A DNA stretch of 64,000 nt from Candidatus Bathyarchaeia archaeon (GTDB taxonomy: Archaea; Thermoproteota; Bathyarchaeia; Bathyarchaeales; Bathycorpusculaceae). Within the stretch, counting starts at the first letter, position 1. Every line of letters starts with the position of its first letter. A program made the position numbers and the translations under genes. Shown here piece after piece: positions 47,374 through 57,024 of the stretch. The notes beneath the pieces were generated by a model. That model did no database searches, was not told the origin of the DNA, and saw nothing but the letters and a program-made list of their open reading frames with translations. The DNA lies in NCBI GenBank assembly GCA_038883855.1, contig JAVZLH010000004.1:31150-95149 (forward strand), in the 5' to 3' direction.

Positions 47374-48201
47374 ATGAACACTCAAGCCTCCCACCAGTAT
47401 TCAATTATAATTGAAAAACAATTTGGGAGCTTGGGTTCTGAAGAAAACATAAATTATTTTATCGAAGGAAATTTAGAAAGAAAATCGGAAATTGGTTTAA
47501 TTCTCCCCACGTATTGCGAAGCAGCCAACATAGAAAAGGTAATTAGGGAAGTTGAAAACCTAAACCTCGACATTTCCATACTTGTAATAGATGACTCTAG
47601 CCCTGACAAAACGGCGGAAATAGTCAGAAAACTGCAAAAAAGGTATAATAACATCATGCTTTTCGTAAGACCAAGAAAGCTTGGGCTTGGAACCGCTATA
47701 ATAGATGGTTTTAAGATATTCTTGTCTTCTAAGAAACCGCCAAAGTACATAGTTACGATGGATGCCGATTACTCCCATAATCCAAAGGATTTGCCGCGTC
47801 TAATAGCCGTTGCAAAAAGGGGGAACGAGCTCATTATAGGAAGTAGATACAGCAAAGGAGGAAGTGTTTCTGACTGGAGCACCATACGCCTTGCAATAAG
47901 TAAAGTGGCTAATCGTATTGCTTCCATAGTCATAGGAGCACCAATTCACGATTATACTAGTGGTATGCGATGCTATTCAGCTAAAATCGTAAAAACCATT
48001 TTAGAAGATTTGCACAGTCAAACATACGAAATACAAATCGAGACAATAAGGCAGTCTCACCTGCGAGGTTTCAAAATAAAAGAAGTCCCCATAAAATTTG
48101 CTAATAGAAAAAAGGGAAAATCAAAATTGACGCCAAGCGAAATTATAGCATTTTTATCCCACATACTTAAGTCACTCATGTTTTACGGTCGAACAACATA
48201 G
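47374..48201 (+). CDS. GT2 polyprenol-phosphate mannosyltransferase-like glycosyltransferase
   Basis: LPTYCEAANI, IDDSSPD, MDADYSHNP, GSRY and EVPIKFANRKKGKSKL. Confidence 0.9.
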   Translation: MNTQASHQYSIIIEKQFGSLGSEENINYFIEGNLERKSEIGLILPTYCEAANIEKVIREVENLNLDISILVIDDSSPDKTAEIVRKLQKRYNNIMLFVRPRKLGLGTAIIDGFKIFLSSKKPPKYIVTMDADYSHNPKDLPRLIAVAKRGNELIIGSRYSKGGSVSDWSTIRLAISKVANRIASIVIGAPIHDYTSGMRCYSAKIVKTILEDLHSQTYEIQIETIRQSHLRGFKIKEVPIKFANRKKGKSKLTPSEIIAFLSHILKSLMFYGRTT

Positions 48202-48222
48202 AAGAGAAAAACTTCCAATGTT

Positions 48223-49395
48223 CTAGTTATTCCTATTTTCAATTGCTTGCTTATAGACAAGTTCTAACTTGTCAACGACGTTTTCCCATGTATATCTCTT
48301 TTCGACAAGTTCAAAAGCATTTTGAACAATGTTTTCCCGCATTTTTTTATCGGTTAAAATTAAGTTAACTGCTTTAAAAATTTCAATGGCACTCGCCTCC
48401 TTCAATAGCCATGCATTAACTCCATGTGTCAGAATATCGCTGGGACCACCGCCCGGTGATGCGATAACCGGGATTTTACTGCCCATTGCTTCGAGCAGAC
48501 TTATTCCGAATCCCTCATAGGATGAGGGCATGAGAAAGACATCAGCTATTGAATATAAAGCCAACAGTTTTTTCCTCGGAACGCTTCCTTTTATTATTAG
48601 GGCATGTTCTACTCCCAGTTTTTCGCCAAACTGCCTCAGTTTATTGGCGTAGTTTGCATAATCTGGTCCAACAATGACGAACTTTGCTGAAGAAAATTTT
48701 TTGAGAATAAGCGGCATAGCTTCCACTACTTTCTCTATTCGCTTATTCCAGTCGATTCTCCCCACATACAGTAACATTGGACCGTTGGCGTTTAACTCTT
48801 CTATTACTTTTTGTTTATCCTTCCGCCCTATGTTTGCAAAATCTTCTAAATTTACGCCGTTTGGCACAACACTTATCTTATCTTTTGATGCACCAATACG
48901 CAAAAGCAGTTTTTTATTATGTTCCGTTAAGGCTATTATTTTGTCGGAAAAATTCAGCATGAAGCGCCCTAAAGTTAAATCGAAAAACGTTTTTAAGAAA
49001 GCGTTGGTGAGCGAGCGTGGAGGATAAATCCCATGGGGTGTGAAAACTACAGGGACGCCTTCAAAATGAGCTAAATATAGGGCGATGCATGAGCTTAAAC
49101 ATCTATATCCATGAACATGAACCACGTCAGCCTTAAGATGAGGTAAACTTTTTAAAATGCCCGGGATGAACCAGTATTCTCTAAATACTTTAGGCATAAA
49201 CAATGGAAAACGGTGAACCTCCACGCCATTCCTTTTTTCCTCTTTTGCTGGGCAAGTTTTGTGGTTAACCTCGTTCGATGTGATAACAGTTACTCTGTGC
49301 CCTCTTCTTGCAAGTTCAACCGATATTCTATACACATGCTCTTCTACTCCTCCTATGGCCGGGGGAAAGCGTGGAGTTACTTGGGTTATATGCAT
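48223..49395 (-). CDS. GT4 family glycosyltransferase
   Basis: GGVEEH, VPNGV and SSYEGFGISLLEAM. Confidence 0.92.
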   Translation of the reverse strand: MHITQVTPRFPPAIGGVEEHVYRISVELARRGHRVTVITSNEVNHKTCPAKEEKRNGVEVHRFPLFMPKVFREYWFIPGILKSLPHLKADVVHVHGYRCLSSCIALYLAHFEGVPVVFTPHGIYPPRSLTNAFLKTFFDLTLGRFMLNFSDKIIALTEHNKKLLLRIGASKDKISVVPNGVNLEDFANIGRKDKQKVIEELNANGPMLLYVGRIDWNKRIEKVVEAMPLILKKFSSAKFVIVGPDYANYANKLRQFGEKLGVEHALIIKGSVPRKKLLALYSIADVFLMPSSYEGFGISLLEAMGSKIPVIASPGGGPSDILTHGVNAWLLKEASAIEIFKAVNLILTDKKMRENIVQNAFELVEKRYTWENVVDKLELVYKQAIENRNN

Positions 49396-49407
49396 TTGTT
49401 TTCCACA

Positions 49408-50661
49408 TCAACGAGGCTTATGATGCTCGGCAATAGCTATAGTTAAGACCTTCTCAAATTGTTTTGCTAGAAGACTCCAATCAAACCGTTCTTCAACTGT
49501 TCGCCTCGCATTCTGCCCCACGCGTATTGCATCCTGCCAAGACTGCAGGACGCTTTCCAGTTTTGTAAGCCACTCTTCAACATCTTCCGGGTCGGCGAGA
49601 AAACCATTTTCTCCGTCTGAAACTACTTCTTCGATTCCCTTCACTCTGCTCGCAATCACTGGTTTTTGCATAGCCATACCCTCAAAAAGCTTTAGGGGAC
49701 TGGCGGCGTGAGAAACTTCGTTGTTCGGAAATGGGATAAGCACTACGTCGGCTGCAGAGAGGATACGGGGCACTTCCTTGCAGGGGAGCTCGCCGCATAA
49801 AACCACATTTTCTTTTAAAGCGATTTTCTGCTCGCCCCCTCCTACCAAGACGAATTTTACGTTTACACCCCTATCATCAGCTATTTCGCATAGTTTTGAC
49901 ATTATGTTTATGCCAGCCCATGAATCCAACCGTCCACAATAAAGGCACATTTTCTTTTCATGCAGTCCCATCTCCCTTTTGATTATGCTGCCGTCATACT
50001 TTCGAGGATTGAAGTTTTCCGTGTCTACACCGTTTGGGATTAACGCTACTTTTCCCGCTGGAATTCCGTGGGATATTGCATACTTCTTGATGAATAATGT
50101 AGGAGCAACTACTCTTTTGGAGTTCCTTGCAATGTGGTTTTGGATGTAAACCAGCATTTTGGCTTTAAAACCGTCCTTTTTTAAATCAAGAAGGTTCGCA
50201 GCGTATTGAGCTATAAGATCGCTGAAATCCAGAACTATTGGTTTTCTCCAAAGTTTACCTGAAACGAATCCTAGCAAACCTGTGTATGGACTCGGATAGT
50301 TCAGCACGATGACGTCCGGTTTTGTTTTTGCTATGGTTTTTAATGTTTTAATTAGCAGTAACGGCGCTGTCAGGATGTATGCCATCAAAATTGACAAGTG
50401 CCAAATTGCTGCTATGAAGTGGGGTATCCCTAGTGGATGCCCTTTGATTCCTTCATGCGCTATTAAAGTGTTTCTCTGCGGTGAATGCTCCCTTTTTGTG
50501 ATATTTTCAGCTTTGCCCATTAATATCCGAATTGAAGGAAAAACTATAAAGTGAACCGTGTGTCTAGGTGCTAGTCTTTTCATAAGCTCAAAGATTCTTC
50601 TGTCACTTCCCATTTTCGGCGGAAAATATTCGACAAAAGCCACTATTTTCATCATTGCCAT
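49408..50661 (-). CDS. GT4 family glycosyltransferase
   Basis: IPNGVD and SPLKLFEGMAMQKPVIAS. Confidence 0.9.
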   Translation of the reverse strand: MAMMKIVAFVEYFPPKMGSDRRIFELMKRLAPRHTVHFIVFPSIRILMGKAENITKREHSPQRNTLIAHEGIKGHPLGIPHFIAAIWHLSILMAYILTAPLLLIKTLKTIAKTKPDVIVLNYPSPYTGLLGFVSGKLWRKPIVLDFSDLIAQYAANLLDLKKDGFKAKMLVYIQNHIARNSKRVVAPTLFIKKYAISHGIPAGKVALIPNGVDTENFNPRKYDGSIIKREMGLHEKKMCLYCGRLDSWAGINIMSKLCEIADDRGVNVKFVLVGGGEQKIALKENVVLCGELPCKEVPRILSAADVVLIPFPNNEVSHAASPLKLFEGMAMQKPVIASRVKGIEEVVSDGENGFLADPEDVEEWLTKLESVLQSWQDAIRVGQNARRTVEERFDWSLLAKQFEKVLTIAIAEHHKPR

Positions 50662-50767
50662 CGATGCTGACCTTGGTTTTTATTAGGTTTTTGTTGGCGA
50701 TTAAAGTTTTATGTGTGGATTGGTAAACCTTTTAAGAACATCGTTGAGGTTAGATTATGAGGTAGCA

Positions 50768-53269
50768 ATGATGTTGTTGCCTACGCTTCAGATGTTGTTG
50801 CTGATGTTTCTCCTCGCAATGTTGGGTGAACCTCTACGATTTTTTCTGCTGAAACGTCTCAGAATGTTTTGTGATGGGGATTTTATACGAGCATTAATTC
50901 TTGATGTATACCTTGGCGGTCTTGTTCTATATGTTTTGGCGGTTTTACCTTTTCAACTTTTCAACTTCTTCACCGTTCTTTGTCTTACGGTGCTTGGTTT
51001 TTTAGCTTCATTGTTCGTCCGTTTTGATTCTCTCCGTAGGTACCGAGATTTTAATCGCGTCAAAGCTTTGTTTTCCCAAAATAACGTGAAAGTTGTAGAT
51101 TGCCTTCTTGTTTTTGGTATGTTTCTCTTTCTTTTGCTCTTCAACATCTGGGCACTATCTGGAATATTGTTCGGTAGTGTTTTTGATGAGTCTACTCACG
51201 CCCTAAAAGTTCAGGTTATATTAGAAAACGGACAAATTCCGATGACGTTGCAACCATATTTGCCAGAGGGCATAGTTTATCCTGCTGCATCTCATGTCAT
51301 TTTCACTTACGCTGTTCAAATGTTGAATTTGATGGTTCCTAAATCTGTTTTCTATGTAACGCTTTTATTTAAGGCACTTTCAGTTTTCGGAGCTTACTTC
51401 CTTGGAAAAGAGCTATATTCCAATAGAGAATATGCGTTGTTTTTAAGTTTCATTTTTACATTTGTTTCAAGTTGGCCATTGTATGTAGTTTGGGGTAGCA
51501 ACCCATTTCTTGTAGGTTTTCCATTGTTTCTTGTTAACTTGGGTTTGCTATTTCGTTTTGCTCATACAGAAAAAAATAGTCTTGCTGAACTTGTTGCGAT
51601 TGGGTTGCTTTTTGGTTACGATGGTTCTCTTATAGTATCGTATATACAAACTTTAACATTAATAGCTTTTATTATATGTGTATACTGGCTTGTTCGCAAA
51701 AGAGCTTTGGGATATCGAAAGCTATACGAGCTTTTCGTTATTGTTGCTGCTGCTGTGCTGGTTTTGAGTCCAGTTTTTCACAGGTTCTTTGTATTTTATC
51801 CCTATCCGGGTCATAATATTGGTCTTCCTGAAGATTTTTTGGGTTACAAAACAACGAGGTTGCCGTTTACTGTTATCCAAGCTTTAGAGTGGGCTTTTGA
51901 AAACTTATCCCCTCACTATTTACTTCGCTTTTTGACGCTTTTTATGCTTGGAGGTCTCGCCTTATGGTTATGGAAAACAAGGAATTACAATGATGCTAAG
52001 TCGATTATCGCTTTTGCTCTAAATCTTTTCTTTTCCGCTGCGTTACTTTCTGCTATTTCTTTCTTTCTTCCAAGCGATTTAGAGGTAATATCTTGGGGAC
52101 ATCAGGGCATAATTATAGCAATTTCATTGAATATTTTATTAGCAGTGCTATATGCAAAACTAAAAAAATTCTTTTATGGTCTTAAGTCTGAACGGGTTTA
52201 TGTTCTTTTTTCAAAGAAAATTCCTCGCAATATGTTTGTAGCGGGGCTTGTTTTATTGCTGTTGAACACGCCTTTTCTTTGTTATAGATTTTTAAGAGAC
52301 TCCCAGGTTATGTCGAATACTTATCAAATGTTTGCTGTTACCACGGAGGATGAGTTTAAGCTGATGGTTTGGATGAGGGAAAACATATCCTCCAACGCTG
52401 TAATTTTGGTTAGTCCCTATGAATCAGGCTTGTTTATTCCGGTCATCTCCCATCATAAGATTGTTTATCCATACACAGCAACAATGTTTAGTCGTTCTTA
52501 TCAAAGCTTGACAGACATGATGCTCGATTATGTTCTAAACCAAACTGTTTACGAGCTAATGCAAAAGCTGAACATTTCCCACGTATTTGTCGGTTCCAAC
52601 GCAGCTTATTGGTGGTTTGAACAGCGAAAGTTAGATCCCCTCCTTTTTCTGGGAAACCCCAATTTTAACCTAGTGAAAAATTTTAGCACAGCCTATTTAT
52701 TTGCGTTTAACTACTCGACTCCGCATGTGGTTTTCTTTGACGACTTTGCGCACGAACGCTGGAACGAGTTTGGGTGGCAAGCGTGCCACTACGGAAACGG
52801 TGCTGGAAATGTTACAATAGCAAAAGGTTCAAGACAAGGTTCAGAGGCTTTGAAAATTACTGCAAAAGCCGTTTATACTGTTGAGGACATGCAATACATA
52901 TGTTGGGTTACACGGAAAATATTTGTGCAAAAAAATTCAGACATTTCGTTTTCCTTCTACTTAAACGCGACTGAAGGCTTTAATGGCAAAGACACCTTTG
53001 CCTTCATCGTCTCAAATATCTTCCGCAACCAGTCCATAATTATCACAACTCCCGGAGGAGTTTACGAAAACTACGCCCACGCTGTGATGTTATCTGGAAG
53101 AGGGGGATTCTTTGAATTCAATGGTAGCAAAAGTTTAAGCTCTCTGTGGCGTCAATTGTACAACTCCACGCTTCCCAGCACATTCATTTTAGAAATGGTA
53201 AATTACGACTTGGACGGCGTTAAGAATGTGGCGTACGTTGACGATGTCAAAATAGTTTCGATACCATAA
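50768..53269 (+). CDS. Large polytopic membrane protein, GT-C-like, with C-terminal extracellular domain
   Basis: About 13-15 hydrophobic segments; DESTH and YPAASH in a loop; WMRENISSNAVIL; beta-rich tail FFDDF...YVDDVKI with several NxS/T sequons. The start may be 50711. Confidence 0.7.
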   Translation: MMLLPTLQMLLLMFLLAMLGEPLRFFLLKRLRMFCDGDFIRALILDVYLGGLVLYVLAVLPFQLFNFFTVLCLTVLGFLASLFVRFDSLRRYRDFNRVKALFSQNNVKVVDCLLVFGMFLFLLLFNIWALSGILFGSVFDESTHALKVQVILENGQIPMTLQPYLPEGIVYPAASHVIFTYAVQMLNLMVPKSVFYVTLLFKALSVFGAYFLGKELYSNREYALFLSFIFTFVSSWPLYVVWGSNPFLVGFPLFLVNLGLLFRFAHTEKNSLAELVAIGLLFGYDGSLIVSYIQTLTLIAFIICVYWLVRKRALGYRKLYELFVIVAAAVLVLSPVFHRFFVFYPYPGHNIGLPEDFLGYKTTRLPFTVIQALEWAFENLSPHYLLRFLTLFMLGGLALWLWKTRNYNDAKSIIAFALNLFFSAALLSAISFFLPSDLEVISWGHQGIIIAISLNILLAVLYAKLKKFFYGLKSERVYVLFSKKIPRNMFVAGLVLLLLNTPFLCYRFLRDSQVMSNTYQMFAVTTEDEFKLMVWMRENISSNAVILVSPYESGLFIPVISHHKIVYPYTATMFSRSYQSLTDMMLDYVLNQTVYELMQKLNISHVFVGSNAAYWWFEQRKLDPLLFLGNPNFNLVKNFSTAYLFAFNYSTPHVVFFDDFAHERWNEFGWQACHYGNGAGNVTIAKGSRQGSEALKITAKAVYTVEDMQYICWVTRKIFVQKNSDISFSFYLNATEGFNGKDTFAFIVSNIFRNQSIIITTPGGVYENYAHAVMLSGRGGFFEFNGSKSLSSLWRQLYNSTLPSTFILEMVNYDLDGVKNVAYVDDVKIVSIP

Positions 53270-53272
53270 AAT

Positions 53273-53482
53273 TCAACGTCTTTTAATTTTTACAGTTAAC
53301 CGCATAAGAGCAAATACGATTATTCCTACTGCAAACCCTAAGATAAAATATATCACACCAAAAATTGTTACATCTGGGCTGACTGGAATCATAAGAATAG
53401 CCAACAATCCCGCCAAAAAACCAGCGATGAATATTACAAATCCCAATACCAGAATATTGTCCATAGAGCCATCTCGAGCCAT
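53273..53482 (-). CDS. Small two-TM membrane protein with basic C-terminus
   Basis: 69 aa, two hydrophobic helices, ends KIKRR; GGAGG RBS-like sites upstream. Confidence 0.65.
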   Translation of the reverse strand: MARDGSMDNILVLGFVIFIAGFLAGLLAILMIPVSPDVTIFGVIYFILGFAVGIIVFALMRLTVKIKRR

Positions 53483-53577
53483 CTCCAGCCTCCATTGTCG
53501 CCTCCTAATATGCTGTTATGCACATTAAAGAATTTTTAAATATGTTTAGGCAACATTAATAAACAAACCTAGAATAT

Positions 53578-54591
53578 ATGAACGCAATGACTGTCAAAAA
53601 TAGACAAAAAAGGATATTGTTAAAGAAAATTGCGCCAATCATTTCATTTATTTTACCCTTCCTAATCCTCTATTATTTCCATCCCGATACTTTTGAACTC
53701 ACGTGGAAGGGTAGAACCTACTACCTTTTCTTCATATGGTTGATGTCCCTAGAAACGATATTAGTTTGGGAAGAGCTTAAGCCTGAAAAAACGAAGTCTA
53801 AGTTGAGAACAATCCTATTTGCCGTTGCTTGCGCGCTGCCCACATTATATGCAATTATTTCTCAATATTGGTTGGATTCAGCGATAATAGAGTTATCTTC
53901 TAAATCAAACATCGGTTTAAACACTCTTGATAAATCATTTTTTGTGAACTTGATGCCCCTTTCAATTGAATATTTGGTTTTCACAATTTTATTCGCCTTA
54001 ATAATAATGCTGGAATACGACACATGCTATTTGAAGGAATATTCGATTTCTATTTTCTTTCTGGGACTCATCGGGATGGTATACATCATAGATAATTTGC
54101 ATCCCTATGGTAGGTTCACGCTTTTCCAGTTTCTTGTCCCAACAACAGCAAATCTTGCAGCGCTTTTTTTGGGATGGATGGGCTATAATGCAAACGTAAT
54201 CATGTTGAATCACTCCATGTGCGGTTACGTACCCTTATTGGAGGTAAGCGCCTCTGGAGGGGTTCCATTCAGAGCAATTGTAGACTGGCCTTGTTCAGGT
54301 ATTGATAGCCTCATAATCTATACGGTTGTTATCCTAATCTTTCTGAAGAAAACTGACATCCCATTAAGTCATAGGATAACTTACTTCGTCATAGGTGCGA
54401 TAATAACTTATATTTTGAATATTTTAAGGATCGTTACACTTTCAATTATCGGATTGAACGTAGGAGGCAATTCAGTTCAATTTAGACGTTTCCATGATTA
54501 TTATGGTCCACTTTATTCCTTGTCGTGGATTGTCGCTTATCCTTTAATAGTAAGTATGAGCCGCCTATTATGGAACAAACTTAAAAGCTGA
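53578..54591 (+). CDS. Exosortase/archaeosortase family protein
   Basis: Polytopic; VDWPCSGIDSL, LNILRI and FHDY give the Cys-Arg-His triad. Confidence 0.88.
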   Translation: MNAMTVKNRQKRILLKKIAPIISFILPFLILYYFHPDTFELTWKGRTYYLFFIWLMSLETILVWEELKPEKTKSKLRTILFAVACALPTLYAIISQYWLDSAIIELSSKSNIGLNTLDKSFFVNLMPLSIEYLVFTILFALIIMLEYDTCYLKEYSISIFFLGLIGMVYIIDNLHPYGRFTLFQFLVPTTANLAALFLGWMGYNANVIMLNHSMCGYVPLLEVSASGGVPFRAIVDWPCSGIDSLIIYTVVILIFLKKTDIPLSHRITYFVIGAIITYILNILRIVTLSIIGLNVGGNSVQFRRFHDYYGPLYSLSWIVAYPLIVSMSRLLWNKLKS

Positions 54592-54635
54592 ACCTTCAAG
54601 TTATTTTAATTGTCCGGCTGGGTTGAGGTGTATAA

Positions 54636-55874
54636 ATGAGTTTTTCCCGTGAATTTGTTAAAAGAAAATTCGAGAAATATTATAGGGAAAACTACAATGC
54701 CAACAATGCGCCCAAAAACATTGAAAGAAGGGAGTTTGGCTTCTTGACTTTTAACGGAAAGACAATGTTAAGGCATATCAGCTTTAAGACAAGGGAAAAT
54801 TTAGAATCTTTTTTGAGAAGAGAAGCCTACTCAGATGCATATTATTCCTGCGCCTACTATGAAAATGCAGAGGCGGAAATGGGCAAAAAAGGTTGGCTTG
54901 GCGCCGACCTAATTTTTGACATAGACGCTGACCACATTCCCACATCATGCAATAAAATTCATGACGAATGGGTTTGCGGTTCATGCGGGTTTTCAGGCAA
55001 AGGCATAGTTCCAGAAAACTGTCCAATTTGCGGTGGCAGAAAATTTGATGTAAACACATGGCCCTGTGAAACTTGTTTGAACTCTGCCAAAACTGAAACC
55101 ATGAAACTATTAGACATATTAATCCATGACTTTGGTTTTTCTGAAAAAGAAATTCACATATTTTTTTCTGGTCACCGCGGTTATCATATTCATGTTGAAA
55201 ACGAAGCTTACGCGAGTCTTGACGCTACAGCCCGAAAGGAAATAGTTGATTACATTACTGGTTTAGGCTTAGACATGTCCTTTCACAGTATGCAAGAGAA
55301 AGGTCTAAAAAGGAACGTTTTTAGCCTAGGTTTCTCCAGCGCTTACGTTGGTTGGCGTAGAAGAATTGCTAGAGGCATAGTTGACTTCATTTCAAAAGCA
55401 AGCGAAAAAAACCTTAGAGATATCGGATTGAAGAGGAACGTTGTTGAGGCTATACTAAAAAACAGAGAAGCCCTTATCGCGGGTTTAAAAGGTTCAACCG
55501 CAGCAGTTGCTGTCAAAGGGGTCGGATTTGAAACATGGAGAAAAATAGCGAATTTCGTCTTAGGGTTGCTGTCGGCAAAAATTGACACGGTGGTCACAAC
55601 TGATGTCCACCGCCTAATCAGATTGGCAGACACGTTGCATGGCAAAACCGGCTTAAAGAAAGTTGAGCTCCCTATCTCGGAAATCGAGATTTTTGATCCA
55701 TTCAAGCACGCAATAGCCTTTAAGGGAGGGGCAGCAACAGTTTTTGTTTCCTATGCTCCCGAATTTAGGCTTGGTGACGAAACTTTTGGTCCTTACAAAA
55801 ATCAGAGAGTTGAACTACCTACAGCCGCAGCTATATTACTTGTCTGTAAAGGTAGAGCGGAGGTTGTAAATTAG
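54636..55874 (+). CDS. priS: DNA primase small (catalytic) subunit with Zn-ribbon insert
   Basis: RREFGF, YYSCAYY, DLIFDIDADH, FSGHRGYH and IDTVVTTDVHRLIRL..LHGKTG. Confidence 0.94.
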   Translation: MSFSREFVKRKFEKYYRENYNANNAPKNIERREFGFLTFNGKTMLRHISFKTRENLESFLRREAYSDAYYSCAYYENAEAEMGKKGWLGADLIFDIDADHIPTSCNKIHDEWVCGSCGFSGKGIVPENCPICGGRKFDVNTWPCETCLNSAKTETMKLLDILIHDFGFSEKEIHIFFSGHRGYHIHVENEAYASLDATARKEIVDYITGLGLDMSFHSMQEKGLKRNVFSLGFSSAYVGWRRRIARGIVDFISKASEKNLRDIGLKRNVVEAILKNREALIAGLKGSTAAVAVKGVGFETWRKIANFVLGLLSAKIDTVVTTDVHRLIRLADTLHGKTGLKKVELPISEIEIFDPFKHAIAFKGGAATVFVSYAPEFRLGDETFGPYKNQRVELPTAAAILLVCKGRAEVVN

Positions 55875-55875
55875 C

Positions 55876-56427
55876 GTGTACAATAAATTATACGAGGTTT
55901 GGAAGGACGAAGTTGAAAACGTTGAGCTTGTCAAACTTCCAAAAAATTTCTATTCAGAACTTGCTGAATACTTGAAAAGGCTTAGAGAAGAAAGTCGCAT
56001 GATTGATAAAAAGACGGTTAAGGCATCTCTTCTCAAAAGCGAGATGCAGAATGCTAAACGTATGATTCGCGAAATAGCTCATTTGCGTTACAGAAAATTA
56101 ATTAGAAAAATGGCTAAGGGAGAAAAGGTTCCAGCAGATGTTTTGACGGTTGAGGAAGAAAGGATTTACAAAGAAACTTCATCCTTTGCAGAGGCATACC
56201 GCAACCTTGTTAGGAACATTCTCCATGGATACGCGCCTAAGGTTGACGTTGAAAAAAGGCGTAAACGGGTTGCTATGCGCTTCTTAAAGGATGTCCCAGC
56301 AATAGTGGGCGTAGACATGGAAACTTATGGTCCCTTTAAAGCGGAAGATGTAGCATCTCTGCCCGTTGAAAACGCTAAAATTTTGTCAAAACAAGGCTTA
56401 GCTGAAATTATTGAGGTTAGCGACTAA
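55876..56427 (+). CDS. GINS complex subunit (Gins15/Gins51 type)
   Basis: LVKLPKNFY, RYRKL, LTVEEERIY and C-terminal B-domain VPAIVGVDMETYGPFKAEDVASLPVENA; follows priS. Confidence 0.88.
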   Translation: MYNKLYEVWKDEVENVELVKLPKNFYSELAEYLKRLREESRMIDKKTVKASLLKSEMQNAKRMIREIAHLRYRKLIRKMAKGEKVPADVLTVEEERIYKETSSFAEAYRNLVRNILHGYAPKVDVEKRRKRVAMRFLKDVPAIVGVDMETYGPFKAEDVASLPVENAKILSKQGLAEIIEVSD

Positions 56428-56516
56428 GTTTTAATGCTCTTCTTGGCGTTTGACATAGCGAAAAAGTATAATAACGCGTATGAATTCTTTATGCAAAGCT
56501 GGTGGTCGTGTCAGAA

Positions 56517-56792
56517 ATGAATGTTCCTAAAGAGATAAGAACGTATTGCCCAAGATGCAAAGCCCATCAAGTTCATACAGTTAGCCTTTATAAGGCTGGA
56601 AAAAGGAGAGCCTTAGCTGCTGGAGAACGCCATCATAAAAGGGAAAAGAAGGGCTACGGCGGGCAGAAGTACCCCCTTCAGAGGGAATTTGCAAAAACAA
56701 CAAAGAAGCAGACTTTGAAACTTAAGTGTAAAGTCTGCGGGTACACAAGGCATAAAGAGGGCATAAGACTCAGAAAGTTAACAATTGCTTAA
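56517..56792 (+). CDS. rpl44e: 50S ribosomal protein L44e
   Basis: TYCPRC, GYGGQ and KTTKKQTLKLKCKVC. Confidence 0.96.
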   Translation: MNVPKEIRTYCPRCKAHQVHTVSLYKAGKRRALAAGERHHKREKKGYGGQKYPLQREFAKTTKKQTLKLKCKVCGYTRHKEGIRLRKLTIA

Positions 56793-56810
56793 TGTTGACG
56801 GGTGAAAAGT

Positions 56811-57008
56811 TTGACTGAATGGGAAAAACTTATTCCGAAACCGAGGAGCAGTTTCCTCAGAGTGAAATGTCTAAAATGCGGTAATGAACAAATACTCTTC
56901 AGCCACGCTGTAAACAAAGTTAACTGCAATGTTTGCGGAGTTGAGCTTGGGGAACCATCTGGCGGAAGGACTACAATTAAAGGGGAAATAGTCGCAGTTT
57001 TTGAATAG
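56811..57008 (+). CDS. rps27e: 30S ribosomal protein S27e
   Basis: PRSSFLRVKCLKCGNEQILFSHA..CNVCG..PSGG; TTG start after GGTGA. Confidence 0.95.
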   Translation: MTEWEKLIPKPRSSFLRVKCLKCGNEQILFSHAVNKVNCNVCGVELGEPSGGRTTIKGEIVAVFE

Positions 57009-57024
57009 GGAACGTGTATAGCTA

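Noticed and set aside
47291-54635. Glycosylation block as an active mobile element
   Set aside because: No transposase or integrase, and no terminal repeats were found at its edges.
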